DNA of 64,000 nt from Mobula hypostoma (taxonomy: Eukaryota). Of the stretch, positions 12,181 to 24,529 are shown one piece after another (the first letter of the stretch is position 1; each line of letters begins with the position of its first letter). The stretch is taken from NCBI RefSeq assembly GCF_963921235.1, contig NC_086097.1, forward strand, positions 23,562,001-23,626,000, written 5' to 3'. A program made the position numbers and the translations under genes. The notes under the pieces are model-generated. The model saw nothing but the letters and a program-made list of their open reading frames with translations. It searched no databases and had not been told where the DNA came from.

Positions 12181-13270
12181 ATCTTCAGAAGGGAATTACA
12201 TGAGTTGTGAAAGGACAAATGGGTATCCACCCCACAAATGGGCCTAACAGCATTTTGAAGGATCTGATGCTGACTGATTTCCTAATCTATGCCATTCTTT
12301 GGTTCTGTGCACAATAATACCAAATGACATCCCACAAAATGTTGACAGGAGTGTTCTTGTACAGTGTGCAAAAGTTAGGACAGATGTGCAAATGCTCGGG
12401 CAGAGAAGTGGCGTCAAGGAGCTTCTTAAAGCAGAAGACAGAGGTAATAAGGTTTTAGCAAGAGAATGCCCAAGCTTATGCCCTTAACAGGCAAAGGCAC
12501 GATCATTTGTGATACAGGGTGCGCAAGAGACCAGAACTGGTGAAATGGAGAGATATCATCTTACTTGAGGTCTGGAGGAGATCAAAGTGAAGAAATTTAA
12601 AATAGAAGTGTTGCAGCACAGTGGATCATTATAGTTGAGCTGAATCTCCCTCTCAATTTGTCTTTACACATGTGCAGTGTGCTCCATGTAATCACAGGAA
12701 AGCGACAACCATTGATTCTGTTCCATTTTCTCGAGGCCGGCTATAGTGTTGAACACCAATGGGCTGCTAGCTGACTACAGACGTTTCTTTTTCCAACATA
12801 GATGAGGGATATCGGCCAACTATTACTAATTTTGATGTACCTTGTAATCTGATGCCAGCAAATCACAATTATAGTTGTATTACTGAATCTAGGTACAGTT
12901 TGCCAATAGACTTGGGAATAATTTTCAAACATTTTAAGATCTGAATGTGGCTCTGAAACTTAATCTAATTGGGTGGAATGGTCGATTTTGCTGTTATACA
13001 TTTCATATAATCTGCTACGTTGGCATTCAGTGGAAGGATGCAAGAAATGTTCCCGGATCATTAACAATTTAAGATGATAGTTGTTTGAAATCATGTGTGT
13101 TTCATCTTTGGTGCTAAGCATTCAATTATTAATGCTGATTGCTGTATCATCAGATCAGAATCAGTAACAGCATTACCTTCAAGAGATTAGAAACTGGCTT
13201 CATTTGTCACATGTACGTCGAAACATACAGTGAAATGTGTTGTTTTGCATCAATGACCAACACGGTCCAA

Positions 13271-14130
13271 AACCATAAAATATAGGCGTAGAATTAAGCC
13301 ATTTGGCCCATCAAGTCTGTTCTATCATTTCATCATAGTAAATTCACTTTCCTCTCAGCCCCATTCTTCTGCCTTCTCCTCGTATCCCTTCATGTCCTGA
13401 CTAATCAAGAATCTGCTTTTAGTATACCTAAAGACTTGGATTCCACAGCCACCTATTGCAACAAATTCCACAAATTCACCACTCATGGCTAAAGAAATTC
13501 CTCCTCATCTCTGTTCTAAAAGGACACCCCTCTATTCTGAGGCTGTGTCCTCTAGTCTTAGACTTTCTCACCATAGGAAACATCCTCTCCACATCCATTC
13601 TATTGAGGCCTTTCAATATTTGATAGGTTTCAATTAGGTCACGCATCATTCTTTTGAATTCCAGTGAGTAATGGCCTAGAGCCATCAAACGTTCTTCATG
13701 TGACAAGCCTTTCAGTTCTGGAATCAGTTTCATGAACCTCCTCTGAACCCTTTCCAATGTCAGCACATCCTTTCTTACGTAAGGGGACCAAAACTGCACA
13801 CAATACTCTAAGTGAGGCCTCACTGTGCTTTATAAAGCCTCGACATTACTTTTATATTCTAGTCCTCTTGAAATGAATGTTAATATTGCATCTGCCTTTC
13901 TCACCACCGACATAACCTGCAAATTAACCGATAGGGAATCCTGCACGAGGACTCCCCAAGTCCCTTTGAATTTTCTCTCCATTTAGAAAATTGTCTACAT
14001 TTTTATTTCTTCTTCCAAAGTGCATGGCCGTGTACTTCCCAACACTGGATTCCATCTGCCATTTCTTTGTCCATTCTCCTAATCTATCTAAGTGCTTCCA
14101 TAGCCTCTCTACTTCCTCAAAACTGACTAC
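13271..14130 (-). mobile_element. CR1 LINE 3' fragment nested in a SINE (SINE halves about 13180-13270 and 14131-14350)
   Basis: RPHLEYCVQFWSPYVRKDVLTLERVQRRF and LDRLGEWTKKWQM motifs; the flanks rejoin into a SINE homologous to 7010-7335. Confidence 0.88.
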
Positions 14131-14494
14131 CAGGGGCAGCCTGCAAATGTTACCATGCTTATGTGTCAATATATCATGTCTACAACTTAGTTGCCCTACC
14201 TCATACAGTATGTCTTTGGAGCACCTAAAGGAAACCAATGCTTCAGAGGGAGAACGTAGAAACTCTTTACAGATAGTGGCAAGAATTGAACCCGGATCTT
14301 ACAGCTGGGGCTGAAAAGAGTTACGGTAACCACTCCATTATTGTGTCACCCTCTTCTCTTATATATCTTATACGTGTTGACATTAATAAGCAATGCTAAA
14401 TTTGTCGACATACCCTTAGCTGTTTATTTAATATACTGTGTATGCATTTAATGTGACATTGTCTCAAAACCTAGTGACCACGCACTCCAGTGAA

Positions 14495-14820
14495 TCAGAA
14501 TCAGGTTTATTGACACTGACATATGCCGTGAAATTTATTGCGTTCAAGTGTTGGTTCATTGTCAGTTCAGAAGTCTGATGACAGAGGGGAAGACGAGAAC
14601 ATTGAATGTGTGTCTTCAGGCTCCAGTACCTCCTCTTTGATGGCACCAATGAGAAGAGAGCATGTCCTGGGTGGTGAGGGTCCGAAATGAAACTGGCGCC
14701 TTTCTGAGGCATCACCTTTTGTAGGTGTCCTCACTGGCGAGGAGGCTAGTACCCATGATGGAGCTGGCTGAGATTACAACTCTCTGCAGGTTTTTCCTGA
14801 CCCTGTGCAGTGGCTCCTCA
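14495..14820 (-). mobile_element. Rex1/Babar-like LINE 3' fragment
   Basis: KGASFISDPHHPGHALFSLVPSKRRYWSLKTH motif; (gaatca)n tail. Confidence 0.8.
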
Positions 14821-15419
14821 ATACACACACAGATCGTGCATTGACAATCTCTTTTCCCCTTGCTATCTTTTTAGTTGCAAAAGTCTGCCAGATGAATGTG
14901 TAATTTCATTACTTCCATTCAATCTTGCACATTGCAAACTAAACAGGTTATTCTAAATTGTTTGAAATGGATTGAAATCAGAACATTTGGTTGTCCAGCT
15001 TCCGGGCTTTGCAATTTGTCTTCTGTTGCACCCAACGTTGTATAGTTTACATCATGTACTCTACTTCTGGTATTTGACTTTATTGACTTAATAGAATTAA
15101 ATTTTTGGAAGCCGAGTGCCCACGTCCCACATTAAATGCAATAGACTGTGAACGAATGCCGAACTCAGTGTGCCACAGAATCATTGAACCACTCTGTTCC
15201 TACTCTCTGCAGCAAATGCAAGAAGGTCACAATCTTTCATAGTCTGTTTCTACCTTAGTTCTGATTCAATATTTTGGAGCATAATTGCATTGGAGAAAGT
15301 CCAAATGAAGATTTATAAGGACAATACTAAAAATGAATAATTATCAAGACTGAACAGGCCTTGGGTGAACTATTGCATGTCTCTAAAACTTGGGAAAAAT
15401 TCCTTTTCCTTATTGCAGA

Positions 15420-15790
15420 GTGTCCTGGATTCAGCTCAGCACATCATGGAAACCAGCCTCCCCTCTGTCGGGTAGAAGACACAAATGTCTGAAAGCACGT
15501 CCCGCCTGGCTCAAGGACAGCTGTTGTCAGACACGTGAATGGTCCTTGTACGATAAGATGGACTTTTGATTTCACAAATTACCTTATTTTGATCTTGCAC
15601 CTTATTGTTTACCTGCACTGCACTTTTCTCTGTAGCCTTTATGCTTTATTCTCTGCATTGTTATTGTTTTACCTAGTTCTACTTCAATTCACTGTGTAAT
15701 GATCTGCTCTGTTTGAACAGCAGGCAAGAAAAACTTTTCACTGTATTTTGGTACATGTGACAATAACTAACTGATTCCAGTTCCAGTTAT
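15420..15790 (+). mobile_element. Rex1/Babar-like LINE 3' fragment and UTR
   Basis: gctcagcacatcatggaaaccagcctcccctc...cgggtagaagacac...gctcaaggacagc; ends gtgacaataa...ttccagttccag. Confidence 0.65.
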
Positions 15791-15890
15791 TGAGCAGTTC
15801 CTCAAAAATAGGGATGACTTGCTCCCTCTTTCATTTTGTGGATTCTTGAGCTGACCAGTGAGGCCAGCATGGACACTGTAGACTTCCAAG

Positions 15891-15912
15891 TGTGTGTGTG
15901 TGTGTGTGTGTG
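15891..15912. repeat. (TG)11 microsatellite
   Basis: Direct read. Confidence 0.95.
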
Positions 15913-15914
15913 TA

Positions 15915-16220
15915 AATAAATAGTGAGATAGAGTTCATGGGTTCATGGAACGTTCAGAAATCTGATGGTAGAGGGGAAGAAGCTGTTTCTGAAATGATGA
16001 GTGTTCATCTTCAGGCTCTTGTGCTTCCTCGCTGTTGGTGGTAATGAGTAGAGGGTGGTGGGAGATCTTAATGATTGACGTTGCCTTTTTCGAGGCATTA
16101 TCTTTTGAAGGTGTCTTCAATGGAGGGTCGGATGCCTATGGTGGAGCTGACGCAGTTTACAACCCTCTGCAGCTCTTTCCCGATCCTGTGCGGTGGCCCC
16201 TCCTCACCAAGCAGTGATGC
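15915..16220 (-). mobile_element. Rex1/Babar-like LINE 3' fragment
   Basis: Homologous to 14495-14820; KKATSIIK..HHP motif. Confidence 0.7.
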
Positions 16221-16699
16221 AAACTGCTACCTACAAAATAGCCAGCAAGGAATCAAATCAGAAATGTTTTTACTCAGCGGGTGGCTAGACCTTGCTGCCA
16301 CTTGAAGAATTTCACATGTTTAATCGGAACTTGAGAGGCTACTTTTTTTTACATTGTGTTGTGAATGTGGAATAGGCTGACCAACATAGCAGTTTGCGCA
16401 GTTCTTTAGAGCACCAGCCATCAGTGAATGCGATTCAATTCCCAACACTGTCTGTAAGGAGTTTGTACATTCTTCCGGTAACTTTGTGCATTTCCTCCCA
16501 CAGTCCAAAGACATACAGTTAGAGTTCATAAGTTGTGGGCATGCTAGGGAGGCATTGGAAGTCTTCAGATTATGTTAGTTATTTGACGGTAAGTTTCAAT
16601 GTACTTGTGGGAAATGGAGCTAATTTTTTTGAGAGGAAGTGGTCGAGGTAGGTATGGAGACAACATTTAAAAGAAAGATGGACAGATTCATGGATTGCA

Positions 16700-17745
16700 A
16701 ACAAGAGAAAATCTGCAGAGGTGGGAATTCTAAGCAACACGCAAATGTGCTGGAGGAACTCAGCAGGCCAGGCAGCATGTATGGAAAAAAGTACTGTCGA
16801 CGTTTTGGGCCAAGACCCTTTGGCAGGACTGGAGAAAAAAAGGTGCGTAGATTTTAAAAAGTAGGAGAGGGAAGAGGAAACATAAGGTGATAGGTGAAAC
16901 CGGGAAGGGGAGCAATGAAGTAAAGAGCTGGGAAGTTGATTGGTGAAAGAGATACAGGGCTGGAGAAGGGGGAGTCTGATAGGTGAGGATAGAAGGCCAT
17001 GGAAGAAAGAGAACGGGAAAGGGGGGGAGAATCACTAAAGGGAGGTGATGGGCAGGCAAAGAGATACGAGGGACGATTGATAAGTTCGTGACCTAAGGTA
17101 GAAGGAGTCAATTTTAGAAAACGTAGCACATTTATTTTTCAACATAGTCCCCTCCTACATGTACACACTTAGTCCAGCGGTTGTGGAGCATACGGATCCC
17201 TTCTTTGTAGAAATGGTCCACAGCAGGGGTAATTGATAAGTTCGTGGCCTAAGGTAGAAGGAGATGAGTTATTAACTTCGAACTTTCTGCATTATCACTC
17301 AAAGAGTTGAACTGCACGTGCATATAGTGAGAACGTCTTGGACCTCCAGGTGGTCCACAGCAGGGGTGATTGATAAGTTCATGGCCTAAGGTAGAAGGAG
17401 ATGAGTTATACAGCTCCTATTACATGCACGTGCAGTTCAACTCTTCGAGTGAAAATGCAGAAAGTTTGAAGTTAAATAACTCATCTCCTTCTACCTTAGG
17501 CCACAAACTTATCAATCACCCCTGCCGAGGACCACTTCCTGGAGGTCCAAGATGCCGAATTCTACAAAGAAGGGATCCGTATGCTCCATGATTGCTGGAC
17601 TAAGTGTGTAAATGTAGGAAAAACAAATGTGCTAGGTTTTCTAAAATTGCCTCCTTCTGCCTCAGGGCACGAACTTATCAATCACCCCTCGTAAGGTGAG
17701 AGAGGGAAAATGGGATGGGGGGGTGGGGAACATTACCAGAAGACT
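16700..17745 (-). mobile_element. Penelope pLTR fragment, interrupted by the mariner element; degenerate hammerhead at 16796-16830
   Basis: gctggaggaactcagcaggccaggcagcat...gtcgacgttttgggccaagaccctttggcaggact; purine-rich tract rejoins across the TA site. Confidence 0.82.
17067..17691. mobile_element. Fold-back non-autonomous mariner element
   Basis: TA TSD (17065-66, 17692-93); TIR cgagggacgattgataagttcgtg / cacgaacttatcaatcacccctcg; both arms encode a mariner transposase C-terminus (17132-17212 minus: FYKEGIRMLHNRWTKCVHVGGDYVEK*). Confidence 0.92.
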
Positions 17746-18561
17746 CATGCATCGGAAAGGTTTCGAAGGTTATGGGCTGAACACTGGCCAATGAGACTAA
17801 GCTGCATGGGCACCTCAGTCAGCACGGACTATTTGGGCTTGTTTCCACGCTCTATCAACATGTTGAATAGCATTTATAAGAAGTATCTGAGGGTGAAAGA
17901 AAGACTGACATAAAACATCATGAAATTAGTAATCTCAGTCTCTGAAGGATCAGTTGTCTCCCAGGCATCCTCAGCCTTTCGGGGAGAAATTAAACCATTC
18001 AAAATGTGAAAAGTCACAAGAATATTCCAAAAGGAAACATTCATAAGATGATAATGAATGCATGACCTCTTAGAGAGTTAGCCAGGCATGGAATGTTTCA
18101 GGTGTTATACCACCCTGTGCCTTATTTGCATGTGAATAACCGAGCCTTTTTATATTGCTGTATTTTTGATGCAGGCTGCTAAAATATATTCTTTTTGGTT
18201 CTCTCCATATATAGCCTTAATTTAATTAAAATTAAATATTCAAAGGATATTGCTAGAATATTGGCAGCACTCCTGCAAGATCCACTAGATATATACTAGA
18301 AATTGTGTGCTGTTAATGTACAGTTATTGCTTACTTTTAATTATAAATAGTTAGTTGAGGGAGTACATCTAATCGATGCACTTTGCCAACACACATTACA
18401 AGCTAGGCATGCCAGTTCCTGCACTATTAGGAAGCTGAGATGTTGCTGTGGCACTGATCTATATGCAAATTAACCACATGAGAAAGCAAAAAGGAGAAAG
18501 GCACTCTTTGACTTTCACAGGTTTCCTTTCAATGGCTGGCCCAGCAAGTGCTGATTCCTCA

Positions 18562-18785
18562 GACACAAAAGCGTCTGCAGATGCTGGAAATCCAGAGCAA
18601 CACACCTGTAATGCTGGAGGAACTCAGCAGGTCAGGCAGCATCTATGGAGAGGAACAAATGCTGGTGCTTTAGGGCTGAGATTCTTCATCAAGACAGTCC
18701 TGATAAAGGGTCTCATCGCAAAACATCAACTGTTTATTCCTCACCACAGATGCTGCCTGATTTGCTGAGTTCCTCCAGCATTTTC
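18562..18785. mobile_element. Back-to-back inverted Penelope pLTR pair
   Basis: gctggaggaactcagcaggtcaggcagcatc ... gatgctgcctgatttgctgagttcctccagc; axis near 18696. Confidence 0.82.
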
Positions 18786-18864
18786 TGAGAGCTAATTTCT
18801 CATTTGTTTGCTGAAGTAGGAACAGAATACATTGTTGTTGGACTTTTTCACCAGCAGAGGTATA

Positions 18865-19400
18865 GAACATAGAACATTACTTCACAGTACAGGACCTATG
18901 GCCTGTGACATTATGCTAGTCTTTTAACCTACTCTAAGATCAATCTAACGATTCCCTTTCCTGTAGTCATTTCATCCGTATGCCTATCTTAAGAGTTCCT
19001 GAAGACCATCAGACCATAAGATATAGGAACAGAATTAGGCCCTCTGACCCATCGAGTATGCGCCACCATTTCATCATGGCTGATCCATTTTCCCTCTCAG
19101 CCCCAATCTCCTGTCTTCTCCCCGTATCTCTTCATGCCCTGACCAATCAAGTAGGTGCTTCTAAGGGGCATTCTTAAATGCCCCAATGTACAATATCTGC
19201 CTATATCATCACCCCTGGCAGAGCATTCAACACACCCACCACTTCCTATGTAAAAAAAAACTCTGACATTCCCACTGCCTTAAAGTTCTCCAGTCGCCTT
19301 AAAGTTATGACCCCTCATATTTCCTGTTTCTGCCCCGGGGGGAAAAAGTCTCTGGTTATTCCCTCGATCTATGCCTGTTATCATCTTGTACACCTCTATC
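18865..19400 (-). mobile_element. CR1 3' fragment with a second CR1 tail nested (about 19005-19150)
   Basis: tagaacatagaacat tail; inner gaccataagatatagga tail. Confidence 0.7.
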
Positions 19401-19700
19401 GTCAAAGTATTCAGCATACATCATCTTGAGAGTTATAGCTTTACCATATTTTGGGGCTTGTGACTTCAGTAACTGGATGACAGTAATGCTGCTGTGGGAT
19501 TTAAATGTGGATACATCCAAAGAACAGTAACGGAGGAAAACAAAAATCAGGGATCAGCCACGGAGGCTTGTCTTTCAGATGACAGATGTTAATTTGGGAT
19601 TTTGCCAAATATTGACACCCGCCAATTTGGATGTTCCTACCTCTGTGTACACCTCTCGAGACTGCTGAAAGCATACTCCTGGGAAACAGAACGAGGTGGA

Positions 19701-19710
19701 TGATTGACAG
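19701..19710 (+). promoter_or_regulatory. PBX-MEIS/PREP decamer TGATTGACAG in a TE-free island
   Basis: Exact match to the canonical motif; function not shown. Confidence 0.3.
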
Positions 19711-20384
19711 GCCAGCTTGTGAATTATTGAATAAAAAAGAGGTGATGTGGCAGCTGGGATATAAGCAGACAGGTCATTAGGAAGAGAGGTTTGAAGGATC
19801 TAGGAAGAAAGAAAATGTTGAACATGAACGTGTGAGCCCAAATATGCAGATCAGTATTTAATTATCATTTTTTTGATGAGACAAGTGAGAATGCGAAAGA
19901 GTGATTTAATTTATCAGTATGTTTGCCCCATAGCTGTAAAACAAAGTATCTTAATGACTTAAATCAGTTTACCTCCCACAACTCTTCCTACTTAAAGTAC
20001 GGAGAATTAACAATTTGCATTTATACATGAAGAAAAGAGTCCCATGCGCTTTATAAAAGTTATATTAAGCAGAGCCTGGGCAAAGAGTCAACTGAGGGGT
20101 CAAAAGGTATGGTGTAAATCAGCAGCTAAGTTGGGATTTAATAGAGTTACTTTTAGAAATGCACGTGGGTACCTGATTTGACTTGAGTTGTTGTGCAGGA
20201 ATCTATTTTGGTAAGAGGGAAAGATGGCCGTTGGGGCACAAAAGAGGTCTCCTTGATTTCTTTCTTAGTATTAATTTACCTGAATAGATAAAAGGGGAAG
20301 AGTTGAATAGTTCACCTTCAGGTTGTGCTTAGCTTGTTCAGGTTACAGCCAGTTGAGGGGTCTGCTCAGGGTCCACAAGTCCGT

Positions 20385-21075
20385 TGTACTAGATGAGGAT
20401 GAATTGTCAAACTTGTACAGATGCACTGCGGAAAGTATTCTAACGGTTGTATTATGGCCTAGTGTGGAAAAGCCAATGGCCAGGAATAGAAAGTGATGGA
20501 TACAGCCCTGACCATCACAGGCAACCTCTCCCCATCCCTGAGCACACTTACATAGAGCGCTGCTACAAGAAATCATCTTCCAGGCCATGCTGTCTTCTTA
20601 CTGCTGCCATCAGACAGGTCATGCAGGAGCCTCAGGTCTGCGCCACCAAGTTCAGGAACGATTATTACTCTACAATCATCAGGGTCCTGCACTGGTTCTT
20701 CTTTCACCACAACTTTGTGCTGATTCCACAGCCTATGGACTCCCTTTCAAGGACTCAGGAACGATTATTACTCTACAATCATCAGGGTCCTGCACTGGTT
20801 CTTCTTTCACCACAACTTTGTGCTGATTCCACAGCCTATGGACTCCCTTTCAAGGACTCTTTATAACTCATGATCTCTGTATTTTTTTATTTACACTTTT
20901 GTCTTATTTTGCACATTGGTTGCTTGTCAGTCATTGTTTATATTTTTCATAGATTCCGTTGTATTTCTTCATTATTACTGTACTGTAAATGCCTGCAAGA
21001 AAAATAGATTTCAGTGCAGTATATAGTAACATATGCATCCGTACTTCGATAATAAGTTTACTTTGAACTTTGACT
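20385..21075 (+). mobile_element. Rex1/Babar-like LINE 3' fragment
   Basis: ttgtcaaacttgtacagatgcactgcggaaagtattctaacggttgt (NLYRCTAESILTGC); tail aataagtttactttgaactttga. Confidence 0.8.
20652..20859 (+). repeat. Perfect 103-bp tandem duplication
   Basis: 20652-20754 is identical to 20755-20857; tc microhomology at the junction. Confidence 0.95.
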
Positions 21076-21612
21076 CTGAATACAGGAACCTGAGTATCTA
21101 GTTGTCTGTCATTATAATTCTCCATCCCTATTTCAGTCGTCTTATTTAAAAATACCCCTCACTCCACATAATCTATGTTTTGTCATTTACTAGCCTTTCC
21201 CACCCTTTTCAACTAGTGAAATCTTCAAGTTCAAGTACAAGTTTATTATCATCTGACTGCGCATAGATACAACCAAATGAAACAGTATTCTTCCAAACCA
21301 CAATTCACCCACAATACATATATCACACACAGCACATAAAACAAAAAGTTTCCATAAATAAGTTAATAAAATATAATTCAGTGTGTCTGGGGTGTGTAGC
21401 ACAGGTAAACAGTGTACAGTAAATAGTAAACAGCTCGATTTCCTTTCTTTCTACTTTTTAATATCTTCTCTCTTTACTTTCAATCACTCCTAATCTCTAC
21501 CTCCCCAACCTTTCATTGGCCTTGCAGCCACCTTTCTCTTCACACCCACTCCTTGTTTCTCTACAGCTTTGATCCATCCCTTTAATCATTAAGTATGCCC
21601 TTTTGTATAAAA

Positions 21613-21960
21613 GATGGTGACATGGTATCGAAGTACTTAGTGCCGCACTTTACAGTGCCAGTGTAAAATGAATCAGGTTTCAATTCCTGCTGTTGTCTGT
21701 ACGTTCTCTTTGTGACTATGTGAGTCTCCTCTGGATGCTCTGGTATCCTCCTACAATCCAAAGATGTATGGGTTAGGGATAGCAAGTTATGGGCTTGCTA
21801 TCTTGGCACCGGAGACATGGCAACACTTGCGGGCTACCCCACAGTACGATCCTCAAATGTGTTGGTCGGTGACATGAGCAACGCATTTCACTGTATGTTT
21901 CTATGTTTTGGTGTACATGTGGTAGAGAAAACTGACCTTTAAATCTTAAAATCCTTTAAA
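21613..21960 (+). mobile_element. tRNA-derived V-domain SINE
   Basis: B-box-like ggtttcaattcc and V core ctctggatgctctggtatcctcctacaatccaaaga. Confidence 0.75.
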
Positions 21961-23592
21961 TCTTTAGACTTATAATTGGGAAATTGGTTTATTTTCATCA
22001 CAGGTACAGTGACAAACTTTAGCGTGCTATCCATACAAACCATTTCGATACTACATCAGTGCCTTGAGATAGTGCAAGGGAAATAACAACAGAGTGCAGA
22101 ATAAAGTGTTCCAATTACAAAGAGGTGCAAGACCATAACAAGGTAGATTATGAGGTCATGAGTCCATCTTATGACAGTGGGATGTCCCTCTCCAAAGATA
22201 ACAACGGTGCTAGTTCTGGTGGCTCTTTTTTGTTACTACTTTTGGGCAATTTTTGAATCAGAGCACCCTGCAGTTAATGAAAACTGAACTGTACTGAAAT
22301 ATGTCTTTTGAATTTGTGTTTTTATATTCTGTGTTTTCGCTTTTTTTTTGTTGCTGTTGGCACAATTTTTTTTGCATGGGGAAGAGGGTTTGACGTTTGA
22401 TGTTTTTCTTTGGGTGGGTTTGTTTCATGGTTCTTCTTTGTTCCATGACTGGTAGTGGAGAAGACAAATTTCAGGGATGTAAACTTGGATGACAAATGTA
22501 CTTTCAACTTTGAACTGCCTAAATGCTGAGTATTTCTGGCATTTGCTGTTGAAATTTAAAAGCTGAACACATCACAGTCTTAAAAATGCATCTGATTATT
22601 TGCTTATAGTACAACTTCAAATTGTTGGTTTGTTGGAAAATTTAAAAAAAAAACAAAATGTGATTTGCAATTTGAGGGGAGGGAATGGAATTCTGAAAAG
22701 ATTTGGTAAAGATTTTGCAAGTTATAATTCCGATACAAATTTTTTTTAAAAATGCTGAAGGAAGCCACAGAAAGAATTGCCATGTCTCATCTGCACAATT
22801 ATTTCCTTTCCCTGATTAGATTTATATTAACTTGGTACAGTAGCTGCTTTCCATTCAGTCTACCAAGAGCCACATACTGGTTGTCGAAACAGCAGAGGAG
22901 GTGTACTTTATTAGGTGTAGGCTGAAGGTGTCATTCCACATCGGAAAGGAAGAGAGAAATGGATCTTGAGAGACTCTTCATCGTTGGCTGAAGTGTGAAC
23001 AGGGAGGTGGTAGAGGATGTGGAATTAGCATGCTTGGGTAATAAGGCTTCAGTGGGAATATCTTCAATGATTTTGAAGCTTGTTAACTAAGGTGGCTCAT
23101 TGAATATATTATCAATGTACAATTCTTCTGTGATATTATCACTGAGGGTGAATGTGGTTTTGTTTGACAGAGCAATGCTTTTTTTTAATGCTTTTACCTC
23201 TTTTTAAGAAATCCAAAATGAATCTTTTTAAGTAGTTTGAGCTATGACTCTGTCAGTAGCTCTAACACCTTAGTTGGAAATTCGCTCTTAATTGAATGTA
23301 GAAACCCAGAGTCTCTGTCTACACTTCTCTCTGCCTCAGTAAAGTAGCCAGCGTAGCTGAAGATACCACCCACCCCCGTCATTCTCTCTTCTCTCTCATT
23401 CCATTGGGCAGAAGATGCAAAAGCTTAAAATCATGCACCAACAGGCTCAAGAACAGATTCTATCACATTGTTACAGGACTCTTGAATGGACCTTTTGTAT
23501 GTTGGAGGTAATTTCTTGACCTGACAATCTATCAATTTGTGGCCTTTTCACCTAGCTGTGTACATGCACTGCATTTTCTTGATAACTGCCAT

Positions 23593-24225
23593 AGACTGTG
23601 CTAGAGGCCAAGTCCGTGGGTATAATTAAAGCAAAAGTTGATAGTTTCCTGATCGGTGATCGTCGTCATCATGGCTATGCCTCGAGGTCGAGGATGGTGG
23701 TCTTCGTTCTGAAGAAGTGGCCCACAGAGCGAAGACGCCTGTGCGTGTATTTGTCTAAGGTGTACTTGATGTTGCACTCCAAAAAGCACATGATACTTCA
23801 CAAATCAACCAACTGATTCCAATGGCATGGAAACCACGACGATTGGAGCTGGTGGATTTGTTGCAGCCTTCATCCACCTTCACTGCCATTGAGTTCGAAG
23901 TAACTTTGTTTGCCTGTTCCAATGTTGAGGTCTTGGTTGGATTGTTCTTTGTCAGGGATCTCACCCTCGACCTTACCGCCATGGGTGACCCTACCAGGAG
24001 CATAGCTCCAGACGGCATTGCTCTCAGGATCACAGGACCACACAAGCTTCTCCACCACGACAAGGTGACAGTCCACGGAGAAGAGATGGTGATATGTTGA
24101 GAAGGTATGGGTTTTAGTGGGATCTGGGATCAGCCATGGTGGTATGGGTTTGAGTGGGATCTGGGATCAGCCATGATAGAAAGGTGGAGCAGACTTGATT
24201 GGCTGAATGACTTAATTCTGCCATC
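23593..24225 (+). mobile_element. CR1 3' tail interrupted by an RTE-derived element; 37-bp tandem duplication at 24104-24177
   Basis: gaggccaagtccgtgggtataattaaagcaaaagttgatag ... gatcagccatgatagaaaggtggagcagacttg. Confidence 0.75.
23659..24083 (-). mobile_element. Short non-autonomous RTE-clade derivative (RTE 5' UTR joined to RTE-type 3' tail)
   Basis: Minus strand begins ccgtggactgtcaccttgtcgtggtggagaagcttg...ggtagggtcacccatggc, like Expander/Rex3 and BovB 5' UTRs; ends in (gat/gac)n tail. Confidence 0.7.
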
Positions 24226-24529
24226 TGTTGCAAAGATGGATTTGTATACATGGTATCAGGATTGAAAATAAACACAATGAAGAACTTAATACTGTATAAC
24301 ATCTTGCATGCATTCAGGACATTATCCCCTATTTTCTGATAGAATGCAGGCATTATTGATGAGGTTTGCACTTACTTCCATTTCTTCGTAGCTCTTGAGA
24401 AAGTGGTGGAATAGCACCATCTTGAGTCTCCCCAGTGCATGTGATGAAGGTATTTGCACAACACTGTTGTGCAAAGAATTTCAGGATTTGGGCCCAACAA
24501 TTGACAAAGCGATGGCAACTGTCCCCTGA

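Noticed and set aside
12801..12893. Exon-like segment after tttctttttccaacatag
   Set aside because: The acceptor is plausible, but the donor (ag|gtacag) is weak and the peptide is unrecognisable.
17067..17691. CRISPR-like array of ~30-bp repeats
   Set aside because: The repeats occur in both orientations with irregular spacing and are mariner TIRs in a eukaryotic genome.
20447..20866. 139-aa ORF with an internal repeat
   Set aside because: It is a frameshifted Rex1-like LINE remnant extended by the 103-bp duplication.
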